This document shows positions 22,151 through 35,374 of a stretch of 64,000 bases of DNA, piece after piece. Each line of letters opens with the position of its first letter. Position 1 is the first letter of the stretch. Origin of the DNA: Azolla caroliniana (taxonomy: Eukaryota; Plantae; Polypodiophyta); the NCBI GenBank assembly GCA_043228905.1, contig JBHGNT010000018.1:4340001-4404000 (forward strand). Reading direction: 5' to 3'. Made by a program: the position numbers and the translations under genes. The notes beneath the pieces were generated by a model. That model worked only from the letters and a program-made list of their open reading frames with translations. It was not told the origin of the DNA and did no database searches.

Positions 22151-24355
22151 ATTTTTCTTATTAAGGTTATTTTATACATGTTTCTAAGCTAAGCGCATCA
22201 TAACACATCCATTCCTTCTTGCTCCAAGTGCATATTTCATATTTGATACATCTTCATCAATCCATCTCTTGATCAAAACCCCAAAATTCCTCTCATGCAA
22301 GCATACATCTTACACTCTTTTCACATGACAAGTGCTAGGAGATGGATAAGAAGTTGTATCCTTTATGTTTTCCATGTTTGAGAGAAAGATCAAAGAAGAT
22401 AGGGCTTTGATAGAGATTATATGATGGAAATCAATTGATTTTTGGAGTGAGATGGTCAATTGATGGTGGTAATGCCACCCAATGTCTACAAATCTATAAA
22501 AAATGGAGATGATATGAAGAGGAATCCTTGACACGTTGAAGGTCTCATCACTTCAAAAGGTAGAAAAAGATAAAGAACCAAAGATCTCGAAAAAGGTCTA
22601 ACATGATACATCATGTTTACCCTTGAGCTTCCTATTATTGATGCATTGACATCAACGCGATCAAGAAAGTAGTAAGACAAATTCATCGATAGAGTTGAAT
22701 TTGCTCACTTCAACATGCTGATAATTGAACTCCTCTCCACATTCAAAACTTATTCAATCATGTAGATAATTTAGGGAAGTCAACTCTTCATTGCCACAAA
22801 GTTCTAATGTTCCTTCGAGTTGTTGACATGAAAGATTGGGAGATCTTGGGTGTTCTCTTGGAGGATATGACCACCAATAATGGGCTTGGAAAGTCATGGG
22901 ATGCAGTGAAGTGAGTGGGCAAATATTTCAACAAATGATATTGGTGGCTTTTAGATGACCAAATAGATGACTCTTGAATATTAGATGCAAATTTAACTTC
23001 AACTATTATAAAAAATAGTAGCGAGCCTACAAGTTTGAGAAAGTTCAATAAAAAAGGGTATCCAATCCAAGAATGCTAGTTAAAGACATTGTGGTAACTA
23101 CAAAAGTCATTAAAGTGAGGTGGGTGCAACCTAACACCCAATAGATGAAAGACAAGGCTTACATGGGTGGAGAGAAAGTTAAAGAAAAACTAGATGGATG
23201 TAGTTATGTTGGTAAGGTTGTCGAATGGGGACCATGAGGTCATGGCTTCAAACCCGACATTCCACAATGGCATCTAATAAATCAAGAAGATAGCTATGGA
23301 GTAATAGAAAGGTGAGAAAATTGGGTCTTGAACCCAATAGGGTTAGTACTCTAGCAACTTCCCCACTATGGACTAGAGTAAGGTAATTACAATAAAAAAA
23401 GGTAGAAAAAAACCAAGTATTAGACGTTACCTAGGATTGAAACAAAATATAACAAGATATTTAATTTGTAATTGGTTTTGGACAAGGTATGCGAGAAGGT
23501 TCATTCAATTGAAGAGCAAGTTGCGCACGCTTCTAGAAAAACCAATGTGGGGGTTGACAAAAGGTTAAATAGAACCAATGAGATGATAAGATATACCAAA
23601 TCCTCAACTAAGCACATAACAAATAAAATTCTAAGATTGTCAAGATAAATAAAGGTAATAAAGGCATATTAGAAGTGATTGTCGATGTGACATTTGGATG
23701 ATACCAAAGAGTGAGGTAGAATATCTATTTTGGAATCAGTTGTGGATGAGGTATGTGAAAAGGTTCAAGCTAGTGAAGAGCAAGCTATGGAGGTTAATGA
23801 AAGATGTGAGAGAACCAACAAGATGACAAGGAATATCAATTTAGCCTCAAACTATCACAAAGATAATGAAATATCTAAGACACGCAAGACAAAGATAATG
23901 AAATATCTAAGACAAATGAAAATTAATAAAGGGATCTTGCAATTAATTGTGGATGTCGCATCCAAGATGATGCACATGGTTTGTGGGAGGATGTCGGAGA
24001 AGGTTCAAGAAAAAAGAGAAAAGAGTTCTAAATCCACACATGTGAAAGAGATGTCACATGATATTTTCATGAAGGTAAAATAACGTGCCCGAACTATCAA
24101 TGATATCAATGAACAAATCAATATTGCCAACAAACTGAAGAGGTTCAAAAATATGTCCCTAATTTGTGATGGATGTGTATCCGTAGGAGTTGGGGGATGA
24201 ATGAAGGAAATACACATAGAGGGAGTGAAGAAAACATTAAAGCACAAATACTACATGTGATATGGTTGAGAAGTATTTGATGAACATGTTCGTTAATGCA
24301 AATAGGATGTCAAACCAATCACTCAATGGACCAAAATATAATCCACCTTTGAAAA

Positions 24356-24854
24356 TAACAATCGACAACGATTCGGTTTGAGAGGGTCCAAACCGAACCG
24401 TTAAATTTTTTTTGAAACCTGAACCAAACCGCGAAACCGTTAAACCGAACTATTAAACATTGTTCAAACCGTAAAACCGTAAAAACCGTGGTTTCGTGGT
24501 TCGGTTTCGGTTTTGAACATAGGTCAAAATTTTAATTTTTAATTTTTAATTTTTTTAAATTTATAATATTTCATGATTTAAAATTTTTAAAATTTTTATG
24601 ATATTCCTGAAATGTGAGAATAAGGTCTAAAAATGAAAAGATTGTTTAAAAACAATTTTTGAATTTTTTTAAATTTTTTTTAAAAAAAATAAAAAAATAA
24701 AAACCATTAAACGGTTTAAACCGTGGTTTTTGACTATTGAAACCGAACCAAACCGTTTTTAAAAACCCAAACTTGAACCGAACCATTAAGCCATTAAACT
24801 GTGGTTTCACGGTTCGGTTTGGTTTGGTTCAAACCGAACCATTGCCGATTGTTA
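24356..24854. mobile_element. hAT-type MITE
   Basis: TIRs taacaatcgacaa/ttgccgattgtta; perfect 8-bp TSD TTTGAAAA at 24348-24355 and 24855-24862; AACCG repeats. Confidence 0.92.
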
Positions 24855-25720
24855 TTTGAAAATCAAATTCAATATGGGAGGACGGTTGGGGTTGAACCCT
24901 ACATTATGTGTGCATAACACATACCTAGAATTATGGTTATCTCAAGATTATATTGCACAATGATCATACATACTATCATTCATTTTTGAGCAAAAATGAA
25001 AAAATTATAGGATAGGACATTTTCGGGTTGTACATTAATGAATGTACATTCAAAGTTGCCATGTCCTATAATTTCTTTCTTTTGCTTTCCAAATACTTTT
25101 TTCCTATTAGTTGAATTTTCATTAACATTAATCGTAAAAGGTTGTGTGTGATCCCATATTTCCACTATCGTCTGTCTTTACACACAAGGTACGTGGGTGA
25201 GCTTGTCATGTCAACAGTCTTGATGCAATGCTAAAAACGATAAACTATAGAAGCTAAGCCTAAGTTAAGAAACAATAGAGATGATATGTTATGCACTAAA
25301 ATATAATGTGATATACATTACCAGATATTCTAGATGTCCCCCAAAATGATTGATCATACACTTGGTTTCTTGATTGAAAGTTTTAAAATAGATAACCATG
25401 ACAATGTAGCGTTGAACTTGTATGATTTGCAACATTAAGATTGTGGATGTAATGGATACACCATTTTAGTTTGAGATCATGAGCACTTTTTCGCAACACA
25501 AAGGAATGGAAATCAAGGGTAATGCTAAGATATGAAAGAGTAAGAGCAAAGGAGAAATGGAGAGAAGAAGGCAATGCCAAAACCTTTGACGTCAAGTGGA
25601 GGGGTGGTATCTAGGAGGGAAAGAGAGAATAAGAAAATGAGTGAATGGATTTGAAAGAGCATGAGAGATTAAAAAGAACAAATACAATAGCTTACCTCCA
25701 TGTACTTCAACCATGTGCTA

Positions 25721-27545
25721 CTTTTTTTTTCTTCTTCCAAAAAAGCATTTCTACTTTCATTAGTTAAGGAAAAGTACATAAGATAATATACAACTCATAT
25801 GTTACAAGCAACTTTGCATGGCTACAAGAAAACAACATGTATAAATGAAGCAACAAAGCCTCAGCACAGAATTACTCGACAGAATCCCCACAACATGAGC
25901 CTCATACAACCCACATTCAGCAAAGACACCCTCCAATCTCTTCACAATTCAGCACCCACCTCTATGTTTGGTACCCTTGGAGGAAACAGCCACCGGGGTG
26001 GCTGTTAAATCCACTTTGTATTGTCATCCACCATCTGTAGCATCGGAGAACCTCTCCGTTCAAGAAGGAAGCAGTATCTAGCTTCTTCACTCGCATCAGA
26101 GGGTCCCTGAAGGCTGTCAAAATTTCCTTGTAGTGTAGAAATAAGATTAAACCAAATCATCATTAAACTCTCAGCCGATGGGGTTCGCTTCCTGGTAAAT
26201 GACTCCTTGCACCTAGATTCCCACACTTGCCAAACAGTAAGGCCAACCACTAAAAACCAAATATCTATGTACTGTTCATGTATGTAGAATGAACCTCCTT
26301 GAGATGCAGGTTGTACAATTCCATTCACCACCTTTAAAGAATGACTATTTCCATTCCACCCATGAAACCATGCAGCTGATTCAATAGCTAACCAAACAAC
26401 TACAGCACTTGATACTTGAACTTCAACCCCGCATCGAGCTAGAATTCTTAAGCTCCTCGTCCAAACTTCTTGGGTTGGCGGGCAACTCTACAAACAATGT
26501 GCAATGTCCTCCAAACTCGCTCCACAATTACTCATGTCAGCCCTTTTCCCCAGCCACTCACTGGTTGGAACAACCTGATAGGTGATTAACCAAAAAAACA
26601 CCATGACCCACTCAGGGAGGGATGAGTTCCATATCCTGCTCCTGGTTTTATCCACGAAGATCGAGTCGACAACTACATGGGACCATTTGTTGAGACACTT
26701 CTCACGATGGAAGCATAAATGTCTTCCCAAGCGAGTTGAGTTGTCAAAGAAACCACGTGATTTACCTTCTTTGTCCCTCCACGTATATTCTGCTAGATCC
26801 CATTCTAAACACTCGAGTGGCTTGCCTTCAACTACATACAAGATCCAATCCTCCTCAACCTCAACGACTGATGGATTCACCTTCCATTTCTTATCGTCTC
26901 GTGCCACAATTCTAATCGGGGACCAACGAGCACTTGCAACTATTGATCCCAATTGGATGATCTTCCCATTCTTTCCTAGACCCTTGGCATTGATAAGTTT
27001 TCCAGCATCATCACATTGTCCGAACCATTCACCCTCTTCCCCATTACTAATAGGAACAGAGTAAACAACTTTATCGACTAGGTCAAGCATCTTCCTGCCA
27101 TTTCTGAACTTTCCCACGTCTTCATATAGTTTATCCCGATTAATAGGGGACAACTGCATCCAATTTGCCATTGACTGAATCCCAACACCATGCAATATAG
27201 CCTATCGCATACCCTTGCTCTGGCCAAGCATCTTCCCCTTTGTCAACTTTAAGGTCTCCTTCCACAATAGGGATTAGTGCATCCATTCAACATTAGTACT
27301 TGGACCTATACGGCTAAGATGCCCATGGAGCATACCCCACGCCTTCATCACTGACATACATGTGCGATGAACCAACCGATTAGATTGCCTAAGCTTTAAG
27401 TCGATACAAAATAGCCATGATTTATGTGGCTTCCAATGCGCACCAAGTCGTGAACTCCAAAGGATGCTCCTATTAAAAATCAACGTTTTCCATAACTCAT
27501 TTTCGGGCAGTAAGCTCCTTACCAATGTATATGGATAACAACACA
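25721..27545 (-). mobile_element. 5'-truncated L1-type LINE (ORF2 C-terminal part, 3' UTR, poly-A)
   Basis: IWNSSLPEWVMVFFWLI...C..EDIAHCL.SCP....VW (zf-RVT-like), WQVWESRC; A-tract appears as a T run at 25722-25730 on the plus strand. No TSD found. Confidence 0.8.
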
Positions 27546-28009
27546 ATCACACTACATGAATAGGCAAGAAAAACACCACAACAAGTAGACTCCTCCCTGA
27601 CCACCTTATTCTTCTTGCTTTATAAAAAGTTCTCTTCTACTAAATAACCTCCCCTTGCTTTCTTTTTCACGTTTTTTTTAGAACTTTTCATCGAGTCCTA
27701 TTCTTAGCTATGACACAACGATTTTCTAATCGTCATATCTCCCTCATCCGAGCTCCAAATTTAGAGATTTAAAAAGCTATGGATAGCTCTCTTCATAAGA
27801 GTTCAAACGAATGAGTTATGAGTGTTCGTTGTAGACTGTGTTTTGGTGGCCCGCTTTTTTCTTCTTTTACTTTTCTCCATGTGTCTTGCTTTTAGTTTCA
27901 CTTATCCTCAAGACCTTTGTTCGTGTTCTTGCCCTCCGGATGTGAATGCTCCATACCTTATATTCTTGTAGTCTTCAATAACCTGAATTCTAAAAACACT
28001 TTCACACAA

Positions 28010-28830
28010 TCGAACCCGTGTTGGCCCGTCTTCTCGGCTCTTCCGACCAAGTCAGCATTTCCATGGTTCTTCCTCCACTAGCAGTCGGCTCGGGTGATGA
28101 CCATTTGTCATTCCATTCTTGTCATTCGTCGAAATGGCTCCATACCCTTTATATCGTGGCCCAGTTGGTCGTGAGCCCGTCATCCATCTCCAAGATTAGT
28201 CCCACTTTTTCTCAGTCTCATGGGTTGACCGCATTGATAAACAATAGCACCTTGCTCGTATCAAGCACAGTTCGGTCCAGTGTCGACAACTGGGTGAATT
28301 GCTTCTCAAACTCCTGGAGAAGCATCATAGTGGTTCTTCCCTTTCCGAGAAGCACGGCCTACTTCATCAACTCCTTCTTCGACATTCGGAGGGAATCTTC
28401 CAACCCGTATCTCTCGAGGAACCGCTCCTCGAACTCCGACTAGTTTTGACAATCGGCTTGCAACTTGAGCACCTCATGCGAATCCGGATAGTCGGCTATC
28501 TTCTAGAATATCCCGCATCAACATTTTGGCCTTGTAGGCCTCCAGATAGTCAGTCACATCGCATCCGTTAAATCGTTCAGACGCCCCAACGACGGTTTCG
28601 ATTGTCCTATCGAGGCCCGCAAATCCGTCTCTCGCATTCATTAGGTAGTCCTTGGCCGCCACCATTACGTTAGCAAGTTCTCCGCCCTTCATTGTAATCT
28701 CCCCTGTCTCCCTTTCACGTCGGATTCACCAAAGATTTCGCGGAAATCCGTTGCTTGCGGGTCGGCTTGGGCAAAACCACTGGAGTCTCAAAGCAGGGAG
28801 GATGCTAATGGGTGATGGGAGTCATGCATG
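28010..28830 (-). mobile_element. Remnant K of a Phygy-like element: gag N-terminus, tRNA-Trp PBS and U5 end of the 5' LTR
   Basis: MKGGELANVM...LDRTIETVVG..RFNG.DVTDYLEAYKA is homologous to B gag; PBS 28714-28731; LTR end similar to B/D from 28736. Outer boundaries not resolved. Confidence 0.75.
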
Positions 28831-29442
28831 GGTTCCTAGGTGTTGGCCGATCTGGCTCCTGTGTCTAGCTACGTCAGATGGGGTCGGGATCAACCGATTC
28901 CTTTGAACGACCGAACCGGAGCGACTGCGCACGTACGCGTCCTCGCAACTCCAAAGCGACCGTGCACGTACCCGTCCTCTCGACTCCTTTCCGGATGTAC
29001 ACTTCTGCATGGAGAAACCAACTCCTCGAAAAGAGCCTTCGAAACCATGTTCATTCCACGACCTATAGACAACAAGCTCTGGGTGTTGTGATGGCATGTG
29101 CAAGCTGAGGCTACCATAAGCTGAGCACTCTGACGATGAGCACACAGGCTTGCAGGTTCATGAAAACAAGTGCACGGGAAGGATCGTGATCGAGGACAAG
29201 AGTGAGAGAGAGAGAGCAAGAGATAATTAAGGCAACACACAACACGAGCCCCAAAACAAATACCAGTAAATCCAATTAGATGACGAGTAAAGTAGATACA
29301 AACGGCTCAAGGCCGGCAAACAAATTAACACTATGACACACGACTGTGAGCCTCTGATCGAGAGCACATGGGCTCACTTCTGCATGCGGAGGCCTCACTC
29401 AGATGTCACCAAACAGAGCGGAAAAATAGAGCCTTTCCTTCT

Positions 29443-29772
29443 TGTTATCCGTGGGATTGTAAGTGTATGAGTGAGTGTATAAGTGTTGGTACGTGGATAG
29501 ATAATTGAAGTCTTTGTATTAAAAGTCATTTGTAAGTGTATGGGCAAATTTGCACATAAGTGTGAGTATATTAATATATTAAACACATGCACATTTATGT
29601 GAATGTGTGCAAATATGTAAAGTGGGTAGGTTGTTGGAAGGTTATATAACTAACCTACAAACCCCATTGTATGTTCTTTATTTGTAACCCTCATGTAATG
29701 TACCTATATAACCCCACCCAAGGGGCATGAATGAATGATATAGAAATAGTAGAAGTTTTGCCTCTCAACATT

Positions 29773-29822
<50 letters not shown>

Positions 29823-30168
29823 TTACGTTCAACCAACGGCTCCACCCCCCACCTATCAACACTTCTCTCCGAATCCCCAAAACGACGATCCTGACAACAA
29901 ACATCTTCCCTTCCTTTTATAGCTAAGGAGAGGGAGGGTCCACATCACGTACAACTATTATGACAACCGTTTTCTTGTCAGAGATCTTCCCCATGATCTC
30001 CTCCCATCACTTACCCATTATTCCCCTCTTTTTTTGGGACATTATGTACATATTAAAATATTCCTATTTGTACGTTTCTAACAACCCTTTACACCTTTCA
30101 TTTCCCCTAACTTCCCTAAGTTTGTACATAAATCCCTCTTTACATGTACACATGTGCACGTCCCCAAC
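29443..30168. repeat. LTR-like fragments: possible plus-strand solo LTR ~29443-29903, and a minus-strand LTR end at 30168 next to a PPT
   Basis: TGTTA start, TATA ctatataa near 29704, (CT)n at 29775-29820; ...ccccaaca followed by tcctcccttct. No partner LTR or clean TSD found. Confidence 0.35.
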
Positions 30169-33100
30169 ATCCTCCCTTCTAGTAGATTTTCTCGCCATTG
30201 CCAGAATTCTTCACAAGTCTTGATGATGGGTTGAAGCAGTCGATATGGGCGATGATGGGTTGTTTTGGATTGAGCACGGTTGTCACAAATCTTGATGAAG
30301 TCTTTGACTAGCTTCTATTGTTGGGGCCACCAATAGGTCCGAGAGATGAGTTCTTAAGTTTTGGCGATCCCAAAATGGATTGCAAGAGAACCATCATGGC
30401 ATTGAGTTATGATGTAAACTTGGCACGACCCTTCCAAGTCATAGACTACATTGTTCCTAAGGAGTAACCTGTCTTGAAAGAAGAATTTTTCAAGGTCATC
30501 TCGATGTGATCGATGAGTTGGGTCATCGAAATGTGCTTTGATTTCTTGAGCAAAGCGATCGGTTGAAGTAGTTATAGTGATTTCAGCAAGGAGGGTCTCG
30601 TCTTGGAGTATATATATTTTTGAAGATTTCAGCAAGGAGGGTCTCGTCTCGTCAACATACATTGGGATTGTTGGTCGTATGCCTTGTCCCCAGGGCAAGG
30701 TGCTAGCTCTGGCCGCCTAGAAAGGGCATCGGCTTTGCTATGTCGGTGTCTTGGGTGACACGTGATTTCGAAGTCATAGTCGGCAAGGAAAATTGTCCAT
30801 TGAGCTTGTCGGCGATTCAAGGTGTAGGTAGAAGTAAAATAGAGAAGGTTTTTGTGGTCGGTTATGATCTGAACACGGTGTTGGGCCCCAGCTAGGTAAG
30901 ACCTCCATTCCTCGAAAGCAGATATAATGACTGCAAATTCCTTATCATAGATTGGTTAGTTGATTTCAAGAGTTGTGAACTTGTGCGAGTGCTAAGATAC
31001 TAGGTGGTGTACCCCATCGTTGTCGGTCTATGAGAGGATAGCGCCGATAGCATAGTGTGACGCATCTATTTCCACTATGAATGGCTTCGTTGGGTCAGGA
31101 TGAAGGAGTATTGGGGTGGTCATAAAGGCATATTTAAGCGACATGAATGCAATTTGTTTTGCCAACATCCAACAGATGGGTTGGTCCTTACGAGTAAATA
31201 AAACCAATGGTTGCACAATATTGGAGAACCCTTTAATAAATCGACAATAGAAAGTTGCAAATCCAAGAAAGGATTGAACGACTCTTACCCAGGTGGGAGG
31301 TTTCCATTCTTAAATTGTGGCCATTTTCCATTGATCCATGGAAATACCATTGGGAGAGACGATGTAGCCTAGAAATTCCACAGAAGGCTGATCAAACACA
31401 CACTTTTCGTATTTGGCATAAAGACCGTTTTCCCGAAGTCTTGACAACACCAAGCGGACATGTTGCTCATGGTGTCGAGATCCGGACAATAGATGAGAAT
31501 GTCATCTAAATAGGCCACCATCAATTGGTCGAGATACTCCCAAAAGATATCATTCATCATGTGTTGGAATACGATAGGGGCATTGGTTAGACCAAATGGC
31601 ATGACACAATACTCAAACAACCCGTATCGGGTTTGGAACGTCGTCTCCCTTACAAATAGATACTAAGTTGTAAGCCCCCCATAGATTGATTTTTGAGAAC
31701 ACTCATTTGGTTTGGAGGCGGTCCAAGACGTCTAGAATCAATGGTAGTAGGTGGTGATTGCATATCATTACCTTGTTAAGTCCTCGGCAGTTGACACATA
31801 GATGCAAGGAGCCATCCTTTTTGTTGACGAACAAGATTGGTGCCCCGACTGAAGATTTTGAGTGGCGAATGAACCCTTTTGCCAAGTTTTCGTTGATGTA
31901 TGCATGGAGCGCATCCGACTCTGGCTCGAATAACCCGTAGATGGGACCAAAGGGAATATAGGCACCATCAAGGAGGTTGATTGGACAGTCATACGGCTGA
32001 TGCTCTGGTAGTGGATCTGCATTCTATTGCTCAAAGACATCAGAGAACTCTTGACATTTTGAAGGAATTGAGGTTGGTGATTTGACCATAATAGCAGCTT
32101 GAGCCTTCATGTGTTCTATGCCTATGTTAAAAAAAGAGAATTTGTCCCCTATCCCCAAACAGGGTGGTGATCCTCAGGCCTCATCAAAACGGCTGGAGTT
32201 CATATGACACAAAACAACATCCAAGCTACTGTTAGCTTTGCCAATACGAGTGGTAAAGTCGATGAATTTCCTACGCCAATCCACAATGGGATTGGGCTTT
32301 ACTAAGTTCCACGTCAATCCTAGAATGATAGGATGCTGAGGGGAAGAAATTAGATCGAAAGCAATCTTTCCTGATGATATCCCACAATGAGCTCTAGTGG
32401 AATCGTTCCCTCTATGATGGCACCCGATAGGAGCGGTCGTCCATCAATAACCTTGACTGGAATAGGCTTTGTTTTTGCGACCTTGGGGATGGAGTGTGTA
32501 TGGCCAAAAAGCATGTCCATAAACATGTTGTTCCTCTAGAATCAAGTAGGGTGGTGGTGCGTATCACCCGGGTCCCTACCTGCAAGCTCATTGGTACCAT
32601 AAAACCATTTCGAGATGGCGCCTCATTAATAGAGCTAATCATCCCAATGATGGAGTCCAGCTGCATAGCTCTTACTACACATGGGCACTTCCGTTTCCCA
32701 ATACGTGGCTACCTTTCGTCGGAGAAGAGGTAGCAAGATGATTGGACATGCCATAGTAGAAACACAAGTTGTTGTCTCGTCGATGTTGTTGTCGTGCACT
32801 GAGCAACAATCAGGGCCCAACTTTATCCACCTCTATCGGCATAGGTGAATCAATGGTTCAAACTTGGTTAGGGACATATGGCTAGGTTGGAGATTGAGAG
32901 AAGGAAGAAAGCGAGAAAGAAGACAGCCCAAGCCTTACTGCCCGGGCCATACGCTCCTCTTGATGGAGCTCAACGAGGCGATTATCACAACGTACCGCCA
33001 ATGTTATCGCTTCGTTCAATGAGGTTGGCTCGGGAAATTTTAGTAATAAATTTGTTACATCACCTCTCAATCCCTAGCGGATTGATCGCGTAGGGCTTGA

Positions 33101-35212
33101 TCACCCCATCCCACATCCCAAACAAGTTGGTGGAATTCAGAGGTGTAGGTGGATGCCACACGATTACCTTGTTGTAGGGAATAGATCTTAGCAAGCAGAG
33201 GCCATCGTCAATCTGTCTCTCTAAAAGTACTTTCAAACTCAGTGAGAAAAGCTAGGAAATCTTCCAAAAGCAATGGTGTCATTTCTGTTAAAGACGAATC
33301 GTCAATCCACAATAAAGGAATGCGCTGAAATACACAATTCGGAAACACAAAAGAAAATGTGCAGAGATTTTATGTGGAAACCCTAAAGCGGGAGAAAACC
33401 ACGGAGAATGGAGCTTCACTATATATAGTGAACATACAAGGACATGATTAGAGTACAACACTCTCTAATCTGAGTGTATCAACCACGCAGAGCTCTTATA
33501 GAACACGGTTATGGCGCCGCTCTCACAGTCTCTCTTCATGTTCTCACTCTTCTCTTTCGTTCTCTACAACAAAGGATCACACATTGTTCTACTTCACTCA
33601 CACACACTACTAACACTACTTGCCCTGGGTGTATTTATACCTATACCTTGTATGGGCTATTTACAAAAGTGGCCACTACTACACAACACTACTATTATTA
33701 TCTATAATAATGAGTGCCCATCAATCGACCCTAGTTTGATTGTCCAGTCTGTCCAACTAGTCAGCCTGGTCATTGAGCATCTGGTCGGCCCGACTAGTCG
33801 GTTGCGTCTTCGACCTGGATCTCCTTTTTGTCAACTTTCTCGCAGTCGACTTTTCAACTATCAATACTCGGCCCGAGCCATCAAGCAACTGAAAAATTAA
33901 ATGAACTACAGTTGGAGCAAATTCGGAAGGAATCTTTTTTACTGTTAGAAGAAGACCAACTACAAGCTATGACAGCTTTAGAGCACAAGCAAAGGCAAAC
34001 CAAGGCATTTGTAAATCGACACCGACGGAAAACCGAATCTCAATTCGGAATCGAGAAACCAGTACTGGTTTTCCAGACCAAGATGGGGCGATGCCAGGAA
34101 AACTTTGGTATAGATGGACGGGACCAGTTTGGATCATGAATAGTAAAAATGGTACGTATCAACTGGGAACCCTATCAGGTGAGATTTTACCGAAGTGGGT
34201 CAATGGTTTCCGGCTTAAACCATATTGTGGACATATGCCGAAAAATCCATTCAAGGATGAATCGGAAGAACACTAAAAAAACTAAAAAATCTAACTATAG
34301 AATATTTTCTTGCCAATTCATAACTAACTCTCACGAAGAGATTCTTGGAGTAATTTCAAAAGGCTATAAGTAAAGGTAGTGGAGGCGTATTTCTATTAGT
34401 CATTATTACTATTTCTAGCCATCACTCCACTAGTACGCCTACTCATTACAACATTAATAGTACTTTTATTCCCTAGGCATCATGCAAAAAATTAATCTCT
34501 TAAAACCTATTTCTATAATGACTGTTTCACCACAGAAGCAGAAACGCATTCGAGCTCACAGGTTTTTTTATTTTTCTCGCCATAGCCCAGAGCGTTGTCG
34601 TGCCTTTCGGCTCCGGATCGTTGCGTGAGTCGGGTGGGAACCGCCGAGGTTTTGGACTAGGAGAAAGAAGAATATGAGATGAGGCTAGTAATGAATAGAT
34701 TATTAGAAAGAGAGATAGAAATTTCGTGAATCCCACGAGTGTATTGTATTCGATTAATCAATATTTAGATAAGAATATGTATTTAGATTGAAAGAAAGAT
34801 ATAAGAAACTTGTGAATCCCACAAGTATAGATTATATTATTTTCGTGAATCCCATGATTATATTAATCGGTTGGTGTTTTCGGAAATATATCCAATTTCC
34901 AAATATTTCACACGCCTATTACATTGTGCTCCCCATCCTTATGTAGTGATGGGAGAGACTAAGCATAGCTACATGCTTTTTTTCTAATATGTTCATGCAC
35001 ACTAAATGTACATGTGATGCTTTTCTAATCCTTGCTTTTATTTGCTAAATATAGTGCTCATGCACGCTAGATGTGCACGAGTCACTTTTTAGTTGCTTGC
35101 GTTTTTTTCTATAAAATATTCACACACTCTAAAAATCCACGATTTACCTTTTAATAAAGGTAGGCGCAAATAAAGGACTTATAGTTATTAAATCTATTTA
35201 TAAAACACTAAA

Positions 35213-35284
35213 GATAAGGTAGCATAATGGTAAAGTTGAGGTTTGGCTACGTGGAGGTACATGGTTTGAATCTTGCCCTATGCA
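35213..35284 (+). promoter_or_regulatory. 72-nt tRNA-like module in element D LTR (second copy 37878-37949)
   Basis: GATAAGG-TAGCATAATGGTAA...GGAGGTACATGGTTTGAATCTTGCCCTATGCA: A box starts at position 8 and the B box is at the T-loop position; T-runs follow. Confidence 0.65.
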
Positions 35285-35374
35285 CGTGATAAATATCTTG
35301 ATATTCTTATTTTATTTATTGGTGATAAATATCTTAATATTCTTATTTTATTTATTTATATGTAATTAAATCGG

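Noticed and set aside
22160-23100. Possible transposase or host exon relic
   Set aside because: No recognisable motif in any frame; left unassigned.
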